Source of the DNA: Candidatus Methylomirabilia bacterium
GTDB lineage: Bacteria > Methylomirabilota > Methylomirabilia > Rokubacteriales > CSP1-6
Assembly: GCA_046758965.1 (NCBI GenBank)
Contig: JBHIBG010000005.1
Span: 38,596 to 102,595 of the forward strand
Length of the DNA stretch: 64,000 nt
Reading direction: 5' to 3'
In this document: piece by piece, positions 36,179 to 45,556 of the stretch
How positions within the stretch are numbered: position 1 is the first letter of the stretch
Layout: every line of letters begins with the position of its first letter
The notes under the pieces: model-generated
What the model saw: the letters and a program-made list of their open reading frames with translations, nothing else
Databases searched by the model: none
What the model was told of the DNA's origin: nothing
Translations under genes and position numbers: made by a program

Positions 36179-38083
36179 ATGATCGGCGCCATGCGGCGGA
36201 ACATCAAGACGCTCAGCATCTTCCTCTGGCTGGTGATCGCCGCCTTTATCGGGACCACTTTCCTGGTGTGGGGGAGGGGAAGCATCACCGGGACCGGCGG
36301 CCCGGGGGCGGTGGCGACGGTGAACGGGGAGGAGATTCCGTTGGAGCGCTACCAGCGCCGCTACCAGGACTATCTGGCGTTCTACCAGCAGCTCTACCGC
36401 GACCGCTTTTCCTCCGAGCTGGCCCGGCGGCTCGGCCTCTCCCGGCAGGTCCTGGATGAGCTGGTCAGGGAGGAGCTGGTGATCCAGCGCGCCAAGGCGG
36501 AGGGGATCACGGTAGGCGATGCGGAGCTGAACGCGCGGATCCACTCGATTGGCGCCTTCCAGCAAAACGGCCAGTTCTCTCTTGAGCGCTACCGGGAGAT
36601 TCTCCAGCGGGAGCGGATGACGCCGCCGGCGTTCGAGTCGGAGCTGCGGCGGGCGATGCTCCGCCAGAAGGCCGAGAGGCTGGTCAAAGGGGGGATCAAG
36701 GTTTCTGAGGCCGAGCTCCGTCAGGCTTATGCCCTCGACCGGGAGCGGGTTCGGGCCGCCTGGATCCTCGTGGAGCTCGAGCCGTTCCTCGCCACCGCCA
36801 CTGCCACCGAGCCGGAGATCGAAGCCTACCTGAAGGAGCACTCGGCTGAGTTCCGGCAGCCGGAGCGTCGGCGGATCGAGTACGTAGTGGTGAAGCCGAA
36901 GGATTTCGTTCAGCCGGTGACCGGGGCGGAGGTGGAGGCGTATTACAGGGAGCGGGGAGCGGAGTTTGAACAGCCTCGCCAGGTCCGAGCGGCGCATATT
37001 CTGGTGCGCGTACCAGAGGTGGGGGGGAGCGAAGCGGAGCGGCGAGCCAGAGCCAAGGTTGAGGAGGCCATCCGACGGGCGCGCGCCGGCGAGGGTTTCG
37101 CCGAGCTCGCCAAGGAGATCTCGGAGGATCCGGCCTCGGCGGGAGCCGGGGGGGATATGGGATACATCGCCCCGGGCGAGCTCGTGGCGCAGTTCGAGCA
37201 GGCGCTCTTCGCCCTGAGAAAGGGAGAAATCACCAAAGAGCCGGTGCGCACTGCCTTCGGCTACCATGCCATCAAGGCGTTGGAGATCCGCGAAGGCGGC
37301 CGGCGCCCTCTGAAGGAGGTCGCCTCTGAGATCCGTGAGCGACTTCAGGCTGAGCGCAGTGATGAGGCCGCTCGGCAGGCGGCGGCGGCGGCTCGGGCTA
37401 AGCTCCAGACCGCGGAGGATTTCATCGCGGAGGCGCGGAAGCTAGGGCTCGCCGTGAGCGAGATCCTCTATGCTCGCGGCACCTCGCTTGAGGGGATTGG
37501 ATGGAGTTCCGACCTCGAGGAAGCGGCTTTCACTCTGGTTCTCGGCGGTGTCTCGCGCCCGCTCGAGACCGCCGGGGGGTATGTGGTGCTCAAGGTGACC
37601 GAACACCTGCCCTCTCAGGTCCCGCCGCTCGCCGAGATCAGAGATCGGGTGGCCGGGGCGGTGAAGCGCCGGAAGGCCGAGGCCGAGGCTCTGGCGCGCG
37701 CCTCGGCACTCGCGAGCGCTGCTGCTATCGGGAAGGATGCGTTGAGGCTCGCCAAAGAGGAGGGCTTCCCCACCGGAGAGACGAGCCTGTTCTCGCGTTC
37801 TGACCTCGCCGAAGCTCGGGGGGTTCCCGAAGCGGTGATGCGTGGCGCATTGAAGACGCCCGTCGGCCAGCTGGGTGAGCCTGTCAAAACCGCCGAGGGC
37901 GTTTATCTCGTCGAGACTGTAGAACGCCGGGCTGCGGATCCCTCGGGGTTCGAGGCCGCGCGCCCTGAGATCGAAAAGCAGCTGCTCGAGGGAAAACGCG
38001 ATCAGACGTGGCGGAGCTGGGTGGATGAGACCCGCTCCCGCGCCACGGTCGAGGTGCCGAGCCAGCTTCCTGGCACTGGCTAA
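36179..38083 (+). CDS. ppiD: PpiD/SurA-like membrane-anchored parvulin PPIase chaperone
   Basis: N-terminal TM, VATVNGEEI, AAHIL, SED...GGDMG and TAFGYH motifs. Confidence 0.85.
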   Translation: MIGAMRRNIKTLSIFLWLVIAAFIGTTFLVWGRGSITGTGGPGAVATVNGEEIPLERYQRRYQDYLAFYQQLYRDRFSSELARRLGLSRQVLDELVREELVIQRAKAEGITVGDAELNARIHSIGAFQQNGQFSLERYREILQRERMTPPAFESELRRAMLRQKAERLVKGGIKVSEAELRQAYALDRERVRAAWILVELEPFLATATATEPEIEAYLKEHSAEFRQPERRRIEYVVVKPKDFVQPVTGAEVEAYYRERGAEFEQPRQVRAAHILVRVPEVGGSEAERRARAKVEEAIRRARAGEGFAELAKEISEDPASAGAGGDMGYIAPGELVAQFEQALFALRKGEITKEPVRTAFGYHAIKALEIREGGRRPLKEVASEIRERLQAERSDEAARQAAAAARAKLQTAEDFIAEARKLGLAVSEILYARGTSLEGIGWSSDLEEAAFTLVLGGVSRPLETAGGYVVLKVTEHLPSQVPPLAEIRDRVAGAVKRRKAEAEALARASALASAAAIGKDALRLAKEEGFPTGETSLFSRSDLAEARGVPEAVMRGALKTPVGQLGEPVKTAEGVYLVETVERRAADPSGFEAARPEIEKQLLEGKRDQTWRSWVDETRSRATVEVPSQLPGTG

Positions 38084-38099
38084 CCTGGAGGGGTTTCGA

Positions 38100-38507
38100 C
38101 TGCGGCTGAAGAGGTCTCTGGCCGATCTTATCCAGTGGGAACGGGTTTGCCGGGTCGGCACGGCGGATGCCGATGGCACTCCGCACGTCGTTCCTGTCTG
38201 CCACGTCCTTGCCGACGGGAGGATCTATTTCGGCTCGGGGAGCGATGCCAAGAAGGTGCTGAATCTGAGAGGGAACCCTCGGGTGGCCCTCGTTTTTGAC
38301 CTCTACTCCGATGCCTGGGGGAACCTGAAAGGGGTCATGGTCCAGGGGATGGCGACGTTCATCGAGAAAGGACCGCGCTTTAGAAGGCTGCGCGCGCTCC
38401 TGTACGCCAAGTATCCCCAGTACTCTGCCGAGGCTGCTCTGGAAGAGGCGGACTCGGTGATCGTCGAGGTCACGCCGACTCGCGCGTTCTCGTGGGGATT
38501 GGAGTAG
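38100..38507 (+). CDS. Pyridoxamine 5'-phosphate oxidase (split-barrel flavoprotein) family
   Basis: [15 protein letters not shown] and [13 protein letters not shown]; start uncertain (CTG after GGAGG proposed). Confidence 0.75.
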   Translation: MRLKRSLADLIQWERVCRVGTADADGTPHVVPVCHVLADGRIYFGSGSDAKKVLNLRGNPRVALVFDLYSDAWGNLKGVMVQGMATFIEKGPRFRRLRALLYAKYPQYSAEAALEEADSVIVEVTPTRAFSWGLE

Positions 38508-38526
38508 GAAGCGAGGAAAGCACCGA

Positions 38527-39009
38527 ATGTCCATTCAGCGGGCCCCGATGACCCGGCCGGGGTACACTCGCCTCAAGGAGGAGCTCGAGCGGCTGAAGAA
38601 GGTGGAGCGCCCTGCGATTACCTCGGCAATCGCCGAGGCCCGGAGCCACGGCGACCTCGCCGAGAACGCCGAGTATCACGCGGCGCGGGAGAAGCAATCG
38701 TTCATCGAGGGGCGCATCGCGAAGCTGGAGGCCGCGGTGAGCCAGGCCGAGGTCATTGACCCTCCCCTCGGTGGTGACCGGATCACCTTCGGCTCCGCTG
38801 TGCTCCTGGCCGACGAGGCCGGCCACGAGGTGCGGTACCAGATCGTGGGGTCCGAGGAGGCCGAGCCCGCTCAAGGGCGGATTTCAGTCCTGGCGCCGCT
38901 GGCCCGCACCTTGATCGGGAAGAAGGTAGGGGAAACGGTCGTCGCTAGCACGCCGGGAGGGAAGAAGACGTACGAGATCCTCGGGGCGAACTTCGAGTGG
39001 AGGAGTTGA
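38527..39009 (+). CDS. greA: Transcription elongation factor GreA
   Basis: [21 protein letters not shown] and [14 protein letters not shown] motifs. Confidence 0.95.
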   Translation: MSIQRAPMTRPGYTRLKEELERLKKVERPAITSAIAEARSHGDLAENAEYHAAREKQSFIEGRIAKLEAAVSQAEVIDPPLGGDRITFGSAVLLADEAGHEVRYQIVGSEEAEPAQGRISVLAPLARTLIGKKVGETVVASTPGGKKTYEILGANFEWRS

Positions 39010-39010
39010 G

Positions 39011-40144
39011 CTAGGATCTCAGAGCGTCGCGGAGCTCGCGGGTGAGGATCTCCACGGTGCCTCGCGTGCCCCCCGCCAGCTTGGCTTTCCACTCCCCCTC
39101 GGTCTCGAAGCGCCGGTCGCCGAGACGCGCGCCCCAGGGCTTGATGGCCTCGCGGATCGCGTTGATGTCGAAGGGATCTCGCTTGAGCTGCCGGGCACGA
39201 GAGGTCACGTCGGGGGCGACCCGGATGAACGCGCGGAGGGCTGCTCCGGTTTTGATCGAGTACTTACGCCCCGCCCACGCCATGGGGAACACGCCTGCAA
39301 TCCCCTTCACATAGTTGAGGAAGAAGCGCTTGGCGCCCTGGCGCAGCTCCTGGGAGCGGGAGCTGCCGCCGATCTTCTCCACGGTCTCAAGCAGGTCGAC
39401 GATTTCTTCGGCCAGGGGCGCCTGCGAGACCTTGCCTCGCCCGGTCCCGAGCATCTTGACTTCCCCATGGAGCGGGGAGGTTTCATCCTCGTTGAGGGAT
39501 CGGATCACGTCGTGGGCCAGGGCCTGGTTCGGGTCCGGGTAGAGCTTGCGCCCGGCCAGGCTCACGATGTGAGAAGGGTTCAGCCTGGTGTGCTTGGCGT
39601 TAATGGTGACGAAAAGCTCCACGACCTCGCGGGCGTCGAGCGAATCGAAGAGGACAGCCGGCACCTCGATACCCGTGATCTCGCCGGGCTGCGTGAGAGC
39701 GTGCAGGGCCAGGAGCCGGTGCTGGCCGTCCAGCACCCGGAGTACGCCATGCTCCTCCGGAATCTGAAGCAGCCCGAGGTCATGGTGGCTCGCCATCGGG
39801 GTAAAGGTGAACCGCTTCTCGGAGGTGATGATCACGGCCCCCGGAATGGCTGGGAGGGTTCCGGCCTCCCTACAGTCCAGGTAGTAGGCCATCAGCTCCT
39901 CGATCTTCCGCCTGATCACGGGGCGCTGATACGCCGTCTCGCTCTCACCGATACGCTTTTCTAGAAGATCCCAGTGAACCCTGGCCCGCAATGAACTCCT
40001 GACTTTTTGGGTTTCTCGTGGCGGTCCCCCGGTATAGCCAAGGACCTCGAACTTCACGAGGCGGTCGATCTCCTTGGCCGAGAAGGAGGCCTGGTAGAAT
40101 TCCACTCCAAACTGCTTGACGCGATGGGCAGGAACCGTAATCAT
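39011..40144 (-). CDS. DGQHR-domain protein (DndB/ParB-like superfamily)
   Basis: YQRP, IPGAVII, VLDGQHRL and LFVTINAK motifs; GGAGGGGGAG RBS. Confidence 0.85.
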   Translation of the reverse strand: MITVPAHRVKQFGVEFYQASFSAKEIDRLVKFEVLGYTGGPPRETQKVRSSLRARVHWDLLEKRIGESETAYQRPVIRRKIEELMAYYLDCREAGTLPAIPGAVIITSEKRFTFTPMASHHDLGLLQIPEEHGVLRVLDGQHRLLALHALTQPGEITGIEVPAVLFDSLDAREVVELFVTINAKHTRLNPSHIVSLAGRKLYPDPNQALAHDVIRSLNEDETSPLHGEVKMLGTGRGKVSQAPLAEEIVDLLETVEKIGGSSRSQELRQGAKRFFLNYVKGIAGVFPMAWAGRKYSIKTGAALRAFIRVAPDVTSRARQLKRDPFDINAIREAIKPWGARLGDRRFETEGEWKAKLAGGTRGTVEILTRELRDALRS

Positions 40145-40447
40145 CTCCCCCTCCAGGGTGGTTTTCACTCTAATCGAAGCGCAAACCCCTGTCAACGTAA
40201 GGACTTCCGGCTCTCCAACCCATCGGACCCCAGTATCTAGGGGCCTCTGTAGCGGTGAGGCCCAAGATGTAGGGGAAAATGGGGGGCGTGAATGCGAAAA
40301 GTCAATGCTTTACTACCGAGGAGGGTAAACTGATAAAAGACCATGCTGGGGTGCAGTGCTCGGCTCGATGACTAAGGGAGGCTCGCCAGGCGGTTTGCCC
40401 TGCGGCGGCAAATGGCCGCGGGCGTAGCCCTGAAGGAGGAGACCAGG

Positions 40448-40870
40448 ATGCGATGCTTGCGAGTGGTGACAGTTCTTGTCGCTTTGCTGCTGACTGACGT
40501 AGGGGGCTGGGCTCAGGAGAGACCGGGGACATCTCCCCCCATGGCTCCCCAGATTCAGGCGGCCTATGATTTCCTTATCGCATGGGGGCACGGGAGGTGG
40601 GATGAGGCGAGCATGGTCGCCACCGATACGGTCGTGCTGAGGACGGGGGATCAGGAGTACACGGTGGACGTGGTCGGCGGGACGACCGAGGTGATGCTGA
40701 TCTTCCCGTTCAGGGGGCTTTCGACTGTCCGGGTAGAAGGGAAAGTTAAGGGCGTCACCGTGGACCACATCGCCATCAGGGCCGAGGGCGTGGAAAAGGA
40801 GGGGAGGGGGACCCTCACCCTGGAGGAGCGGGACGATGGGTTCATAGTGACCGGCGTGTCGGTCGAGTGA
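40448..40870 (+). CDS. Secreted hypothetical protein
   Basis: AAGGAGG RBS; signal peptide VVTVLVALLL...GWA. Confidence 0.6.
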   Translation: MRCLRVVTVLVALLLTDVGGWAQERPGTSPPMAPQIQAAYDFLIAWGHGRWDEASMVATDTVVLRTGDQEYTVDVVGGTTEVMLIFPFRGLSTVRVEGKVKGVTVDHIAIRAEGVEKEGRGTLTLEERDDGFIVTGVSVE

Positions 40871-40941
40871 CCGTGGAGCCGGATCCAGCGGTACGGTCGC
40901 GGCCGGGAGGCGCGAACGGGCACGGGAGGAGCTCGACGCCG

Positions 40942-41169
40942 ATGCTGGAAATCGTCACGATGAGGGAGATCGAGCAGATCTTTGCGGTGACCGACACCCT
41001 TGGGATCCATCGGGAGAAGCTGGTGATTCCGCTCGGGCCGGCGTCGCCCGGAGGGGTCCGGAGGCTCCAGAATGGGAAGCTTGAGATCACCGCGGATGCC
41101 GAGACGCCCATCGAGGAGTGGGTCAGGCAGCTCCCCGACCTCATCCGGGCCGCCATGGAGGGGCGCTGA
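40942..41169 (+). CDS. Small hypothetical protein
   Basis: GGAGGAG RBS; host-like codon usage. Confidence 0.55.
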   Translation: MLEIVTMREIEQIFAVTDTLGIHREKLVIPLGPASPGGVRRLQNGKLEITADAETPIEEWVRQLPDLIRAAMEGR

Positions 41170-41179
41170 GGTCTAGAAC

Positions 41180-42034
41180 TCAGCGAGGCTGACGGCGGGA
41201 GAGCCTAAGAGCCTGAGCTAGCGCGGCGTAGACCGGGGGAGCGAGCGGGGGAACAAGCCGGGCCCTGAGCCCTGAGCGGCGCAGGGCCCGACGAAGTCCG
41301 GCCCGGAAAGAGGGATCTTCCAGGAGCCGTCCGCTCCAGCTGGTTGTGATCGGGGGCCTGAGGCTTGCGGCACGAGCGGCCTCCACGGCAAGCAACGCCA
41401 GGCGCTGCTGGGCTTCCGCAACGATTCGCCTGGCGGCCGGGTCTCCCCGTCGGGCGCTAGCGAGAACCCCGGGGGCAAGGGCGGCGATTCGGACAACGGC
41501 GTTGGGGGTTCGGGCCAGGCTGCGGGCCTGTCTCAGAGCATCATTCCGGGCGTGGGCCCTGAGCCACTCTCGACCGATCCAGAAGGCGGAGCCCTCGTCG
41601 CCAAGGAGCGGCCCTAGCCCACCGCGTCGAACCCAACGTCCGCGGGCGGTGCGCCCGAGCCCGATCGAGCCTGTGCCCGCGACCACGAGCAGCCCGGGGC
41701 GCGCCCCCAGCGCGCCGAGGTAGGCGGCCTCAGCATCGGAAAGGACCCTGACCCGCCGCGCGAGCGCGTCAAGCCGCCGTTCGTGGCACCGCCGTTCAGC
41801 CGCCGTCCAGACCCCTCTCGATGCCACAACCAGGGCCTCAACCATCCTCGCCTTGATTCGCCAGCGCCGCCACAGCCCTCGGAGAAAGCTCGGAAGGTCG
41901 GCGGGGTCGGGCGCTCGAGCCGTGAGCTGCCTGCTCTTTGCCCTCGTCAGGCTCGCCGTGACAACGCGAATGTGGGTGCCGCCCAGATCCACAGCCGCAG
42001 CGATCCTGCCTCTAGGACGTCTCATCCCGGGCAT
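41180..42034 (-). CDS. BadF/BadG/BcrA/BcrD-type amino-sugar kinase (MurK/NAGK-like)
   Basis: DLGGT, SDA, AGTGS and GGLGPLLGDEGSAFWIG motifs; next to murQ/nagZ. Confidence 0.8.
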   Translation of the reverse strand: MPGMRRPRGRIAAAVDLGGTHIRVVTASLTRAKSRQLTARAPDPADLPSFLRGLWRRWRIKARMVEALVVASRGVWTAAERRCHERRLDALARRVRVLSDAEAAYLGALGARPGLLVVAGTGSIGLGRTARGRWVRRGGLGPLLGDEGSAFWIGREWLRAHARNDALRQARSLARTPNAVVRIAALAPGVLASARRGDPAARRIVAEAQQRLALLAVEAARAASLRPPITTSWSGRLLEDPSFRAGLRRALRRSGLRARLVPPLAPPVYAALAQALRLSRRQPR

Positions 42035-42127
42035 AGCTTTCTCGTCCCTGGACTATTCTCCCCGGATTTCCCCGGGCAGGGAATGAATTCCTCTCTCTCA
42101 CGGCGTGGCCGTTTAGCTTGACAGCCG

Positions 42128-42505
42128 ATGGCGCAACTCTGTATGCCTGCTAGTAAGCAGGAGGTCACGAAGCTGACAGCCATCGGTTACGCGAGGCGGA
42201 GCAAGCAGCGGGGCGCGCGCATCGCGAGCCTGGAGCAGCAGGTGGCGCGCATCCGCGCCTGCTGCGAGATCCAGGGGTGGGCGGTGGCTCGGGTGGTGAC
42301 CGATGACGGCGTGAGCAGCGGCCGGCGGGAGCCCTGGCTCGCCGATCTGGTGCTGGCTCTGGAGGCCGACCCCCTGGCGAAGCGAGTGGTGGTGCCGGCG
42401 GAGGTTTTGGCCTGGCTGGAGGCCGAGGCTCCTGACAGCTGGCGCAGGGTGGTGGCCTGGTTCGAGGCGCGTGGGGTTCGGGTAGTCGAGGTCCCGCCAG
42501 GCTGA
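42128..42505 (+). CDS. Stand-alone degenerate serine-recombinase (resolvase) catalytic domain
   Basis: IGYARRS, SLEQQ and DDGVSSG; lacks DRLxR and the DNA-binding domain; start uncertain. Confidence 0.6.
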   Translation: MAQLCMPASKQEVTKLTAIGYARRSKQRGARIASLEQQVARIRACCEIQGWAVARVVTDDGVSSGRREPWLADLVLALEADPLAKRVVVPAEVLAWLEAEAPDSWRRVVAWFEARGVRVVEVPPG

Positions 42506-42509
42506 CCGC

Positions 42510-44000
42510 ATGTCCTCCTGGTTTCCCGGCGGCAGCGCCCTGACGTGGCCCGACTACGCCCTCCTCCTTTTCTCCCTGGCCGGCCTGATCGCCATCGGGC
42601 TCAGCTTCACCCGCCAGCAGCGCGACACGGTTGACTTCTTCCTGGCCCGCCGCCGCGTGCCTTGGTGGGCTGCCTGCCTGTCGTTCCTGGCCACCGAGAT
42701 CAGCGCCCTCACCATCATCGGAGTTCCGGCCACTGCCTACAGCGAGAACTGGGAGTACTTCCAGTTCTTCGTCGGCTGCAGCCTGGCGAAGTTTATCGTG
42801 GCCCTCCTCTTCATCCCGGCCTTCTACCGCTACAACTGCACCACGATCTACGAGTTCCTGCGCCACCGCTTCGGCCAGGCCACCCAGGTCACCGGCTCCA
42901 TCTTCTTCTTCGTCACCCGCCTCCTGGGCTCCGGGGTGCGCCTCATGGCTGCGTGCCTGGCGGTCTCGATCCTGATCGGCTGGCATATCGTGCCGACCAT
43001 CGCGCTCTTTACCGTGGCGTCCATTCTCTACATCGCCGCCGGCGGGGTAAAGGCCGTGGTGTGGACCAATGTGTTCCAGGCCGTTACCTTCCTCGTCGGT
43101 GGCGCTGCCACCCTGGCTTTTCTGATCTCGCAGGTTGACGGCGGGCTGGGAACGATCCTCTCGGTGGCTGGTGAGGCCGGGCGGCTGAACGTCATCAACT
43201 GGGGTCCGGCGCCCGGCGCCCCTGACTTCTGGACACGGATCCTCAGAGACCCGAACATCATCTGGCTCGCGCTCCTGAACGGCGTGGTGGGGTGCGTGGC
43301 CGCCTTCGGGACTGACCACGACTTGATGCAGCGGCTCCTGACTGTGGAGACCCGCCGGGTGAGCCAGCGGACCCTGGCCCTGACCCCGCTGGGGACGCTT
43401 GTCACGCTGATCTTCTACCTGGGGATCGGAGCCGGGCTCTACGCCTACTACGCCCAGCAGCCGAGCCTGTCGGTGCCCCGCCCCGACGAGATCTTTCCCC
43501 ACTTCATCGGGTCGGCCATGCCGGTGGTGCTCCGGGGACTCATGCTCTCGGCCATCGTGCTGGCGTCTATCGACTCGCCGCTCGGGTCGCTCTCGGCCTC
43601 CTTCGTCACCGATATCTACCGGCCGCTCTTCCACCGGCAACGGAGCGAGCGCCATTATCTCGTGGTGTCACGCGTGGCCGTGATCATCTTCGGCCTGGTT
43701 CTCGCGGGGCTCGCCTACGGGTTTTCGTTCTTCGACAAGATCCTCTGGCTGGCCTTCAAGATCGCCGGAGTGACCTTCGGCTCTCTCCTCGGAGTCTTCC
43801 TCCTGGGGTTGACCACGAAGCACCCGTCGAATCGCGCCAATGTGGTAGCCATGGTGGTGATGGCGCTGGTGTGTCTCGTGCTCCTGGTCCGCATTGAGAC
43901 GGGAGCGCTGCCGCTGGGGTGGAGCTGGCTCGTGATCCTGGGAACCGTCGGGACCATCGCCCTGACCCGGCTCTTGAGCCCCATCCTCGACAGAGCCTGA
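42510..44000 (+). CDS. Sodium:solute symporter
   Basis: ATEISALT, TIYEFL..RFG, GGVKAVVWT and DHDLMQR motifs; many TM helices. Confidence 0.9.
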   Translation: MSSWFPGGSALTWPDYALLLFSLAGLIAIGLSFTRQQRDTVDFFLARRRVPWWAACLSFLATEISALTIIGVPATAYSENWEYFQFFVGCSLAKFIVALLFIPAFYRYNCTTIYEFLRHRFGQATQVTGSIFFFVTRLLGSGVRLMAACLAVSILIGWHIVPTIALFTVASILYIAAGGVKAVVWTNVFQAVTFLVGGAATLAFLISQVDGGLGTILSVAGEAGRLNVINWGPAPGAPDFWTRILRDPNIIWLALLNGVVGCVAAFGTDHDLMQRLLTVETRRVSQRTLALTPLGTLVTLIFYLGIGAGLYAYYAQQPSLSVPRPDEIFPHFIGSAMPVVLRGLMLSAIVLASIDSPLGSLSASFVTDIYRPLFHRQRSERHYLVVSRVAVIIFGLVLAGLAYGFSFFDKILWLAFKIAGVTFGSLLGVFLLGLTTKHPSNRANVVAMVVMALVCLVLLVRIETGALPLGWSWLVILGTVGTIALTRLLSPILDRA

Positions 44001-44004
44001 TCCC

Positions 44005-45516
44005 TTACGCGAGGAGGCGGGCCAGCACAGCCTCGAGTTGGCACAGGCGGAAGCCGAAGGCTGTGAGGCCGAGGACGGGAGCCTTGAGGAACTCGGCATC
44101 GTACGGATCTCTGAGGGGCACCACGGCCAGGGCCCGGGCCGTCTCCTGGAGGCGGTCGAGGAGGGCCTTGTTCGACGGGTAGAGGTGGGCGTCGAAGAGG
44201 AACAGGATTGTGGCATCGGCGTCTCGCGCCAGCTTCGCGGCGCGCGAGATCTCGTCCGGCTCGGGCTCGATGGCGACCAGCTGAATCTCCGGGGCGATCC
44301 CATAGGGCCGAACGGCTGCCGTGAGGTAGTGAGCTTCATCCAGGAGCTGAGCCTCGATAGTGATCCGGTCAGCGAGCGAGGAGAGGCGAGGGAACACCAC
44401 CGCGACACGTCCGTTCAGTCGCTGCCTGAACCCGGGCGAGTCCGGCGTCAGGCGCGTGAGCGCCCAGGTCGCCATGGCCTTTGCCAGCGGCGAGCCGTCG
44501 CGCTCGGCGCGAGGCGGTCCCTCTTCGGAGCGGAGCGTCCGCTTAGCCTTGAGCTTCTGGATCCGCTCGACACTGGCTTCGAGCTCGCTCAAAGGGAGGT
44601 GTTTGGCCCGGTACGCCTCGAGGAGCGTGCCCCGAGCCTCTCGCTGAGCGCTCTCGGTGTGGCAGACGAGGAGCAGGTCGTGACCGGCCCGGGCAGCTCT
44701 CACCGCGGCCTCGCCGATCCCTGAGAGCTCGCCGATCGCCCCCATCTCCAGGTCGTCACTCACGATTACTCCCGTGAAGCCCAGCGTCTCACGCAGGCAC
44801 TCCCCGACGATCCGGCGCGAGAAGGTGGCCGGCGTGCGGGGCGTCGGGTCCAGGTTGGGGTAGAGCGGGTGTGAGGTCATGATCGCGTGGACCCCGGCCT
44901 CGATGGCGGCCACGAACGGGACGAGGTGGCTCCCTCGCATCTCCTTCCAGGTGGACGTGATGGTCGGGAGCCTCAGGTGAGCATCGAGCGGCGAGTGGCC
45001 TTTGCCGGGGAAGTGCTTGGCGCACGCCGAGAGGCCGCTCGTCTGCATCCCGCCGATCCGCGCCGCGCCGAAGCTGACTACGAGCGTTGGATCCTTTCCG
45101 TAGGATCGGGTTCCGATGTTGGGGCTGTAGGCGTCTGTCAGCAGATCCACCACGGGGGCGAGGTTCAGGTCAACGCCGAGCCGTCTGAGCTCCCGGGCCT
45201 CTATCTGCCCCTGGCGCCTGGCGAAGTGGGACTCGCCCGCGGCCACGGCCAGGTTGTCCGGGAAGATTGTGACCGCGTCGCGGAACATGATGACCCGGCC
45301 ACCTTCGTGGTCAGTGGCTACCAGGAGCCGGCGTTCCAGGGCTTCTTCGAGCCCCTCAACCAGGCGGACCAGTCCCTCGGCTGACTCGAAGTTGCGGCGG
45401 TAGAGGATCAGCCCCCCGGCGTGGGTCTCCCGAAAGAGCCGGACGTCTTCGGTGCGGAGCCGCGGTCCCGGGAGTCCGAACATCAGCCGCTGTCCGACCA
45501 GCTCTTCGAGCATCAT
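44005..45516 (-). CDS. nagZ: GH3 beta-N-acetylhexosaminidase
   Basis: DHEGGRV, NLAPVVD, KHFPGKG....DAH and SDDLEM motifs. Confidence 0.88.
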   Translation of the reverse strand: MMLEELVGQRLMFGLPGPRLRTEDVRLFRETHAGGLILYRRNFESAEGLVRLVEGLEEALERRLLVATDHEGGRVIMFRDAVTIFPDNLAVAAGESHFARRQGQIEARELRRLGVDLNLAPVVDLLTDAYSPNIGTRSYGKDPTLVVSFGAARIGGMQTSGLSACAKHFPGKGHSPLDAHLRLPTITSTWKEMRGSHLVPFVAAIEAGVHAIMTSHPLYPNLDPTPRTPATFSRRIVGECLRETLGFTGVIVSDDLEMGAIGELSGIGEAAVRAARAGHDLLLVCHTESAQREARGTLLEAYRAKHLPLSELEASVERIQKLKAKRTLRSEEGPPRAERDGSPLAKAMATWALTRLTPDSPGFRQRLNGRVAVVFPRLSSLADRITIEAQLLDEAHYLTAAVRPYGIAPEIQLVAIEPEPDEISRAAKLARDADATILFLFDAHLYPSNKALLDRLQETARALAVVPLRDPYDAEFLKAPVLGLTAFGFRLCQLEAVLARLLA

Positions 45517-45556
45517 CGGTACGCGCGGACCAAGCAGGGTGTGGGCGTCTCGGGCG

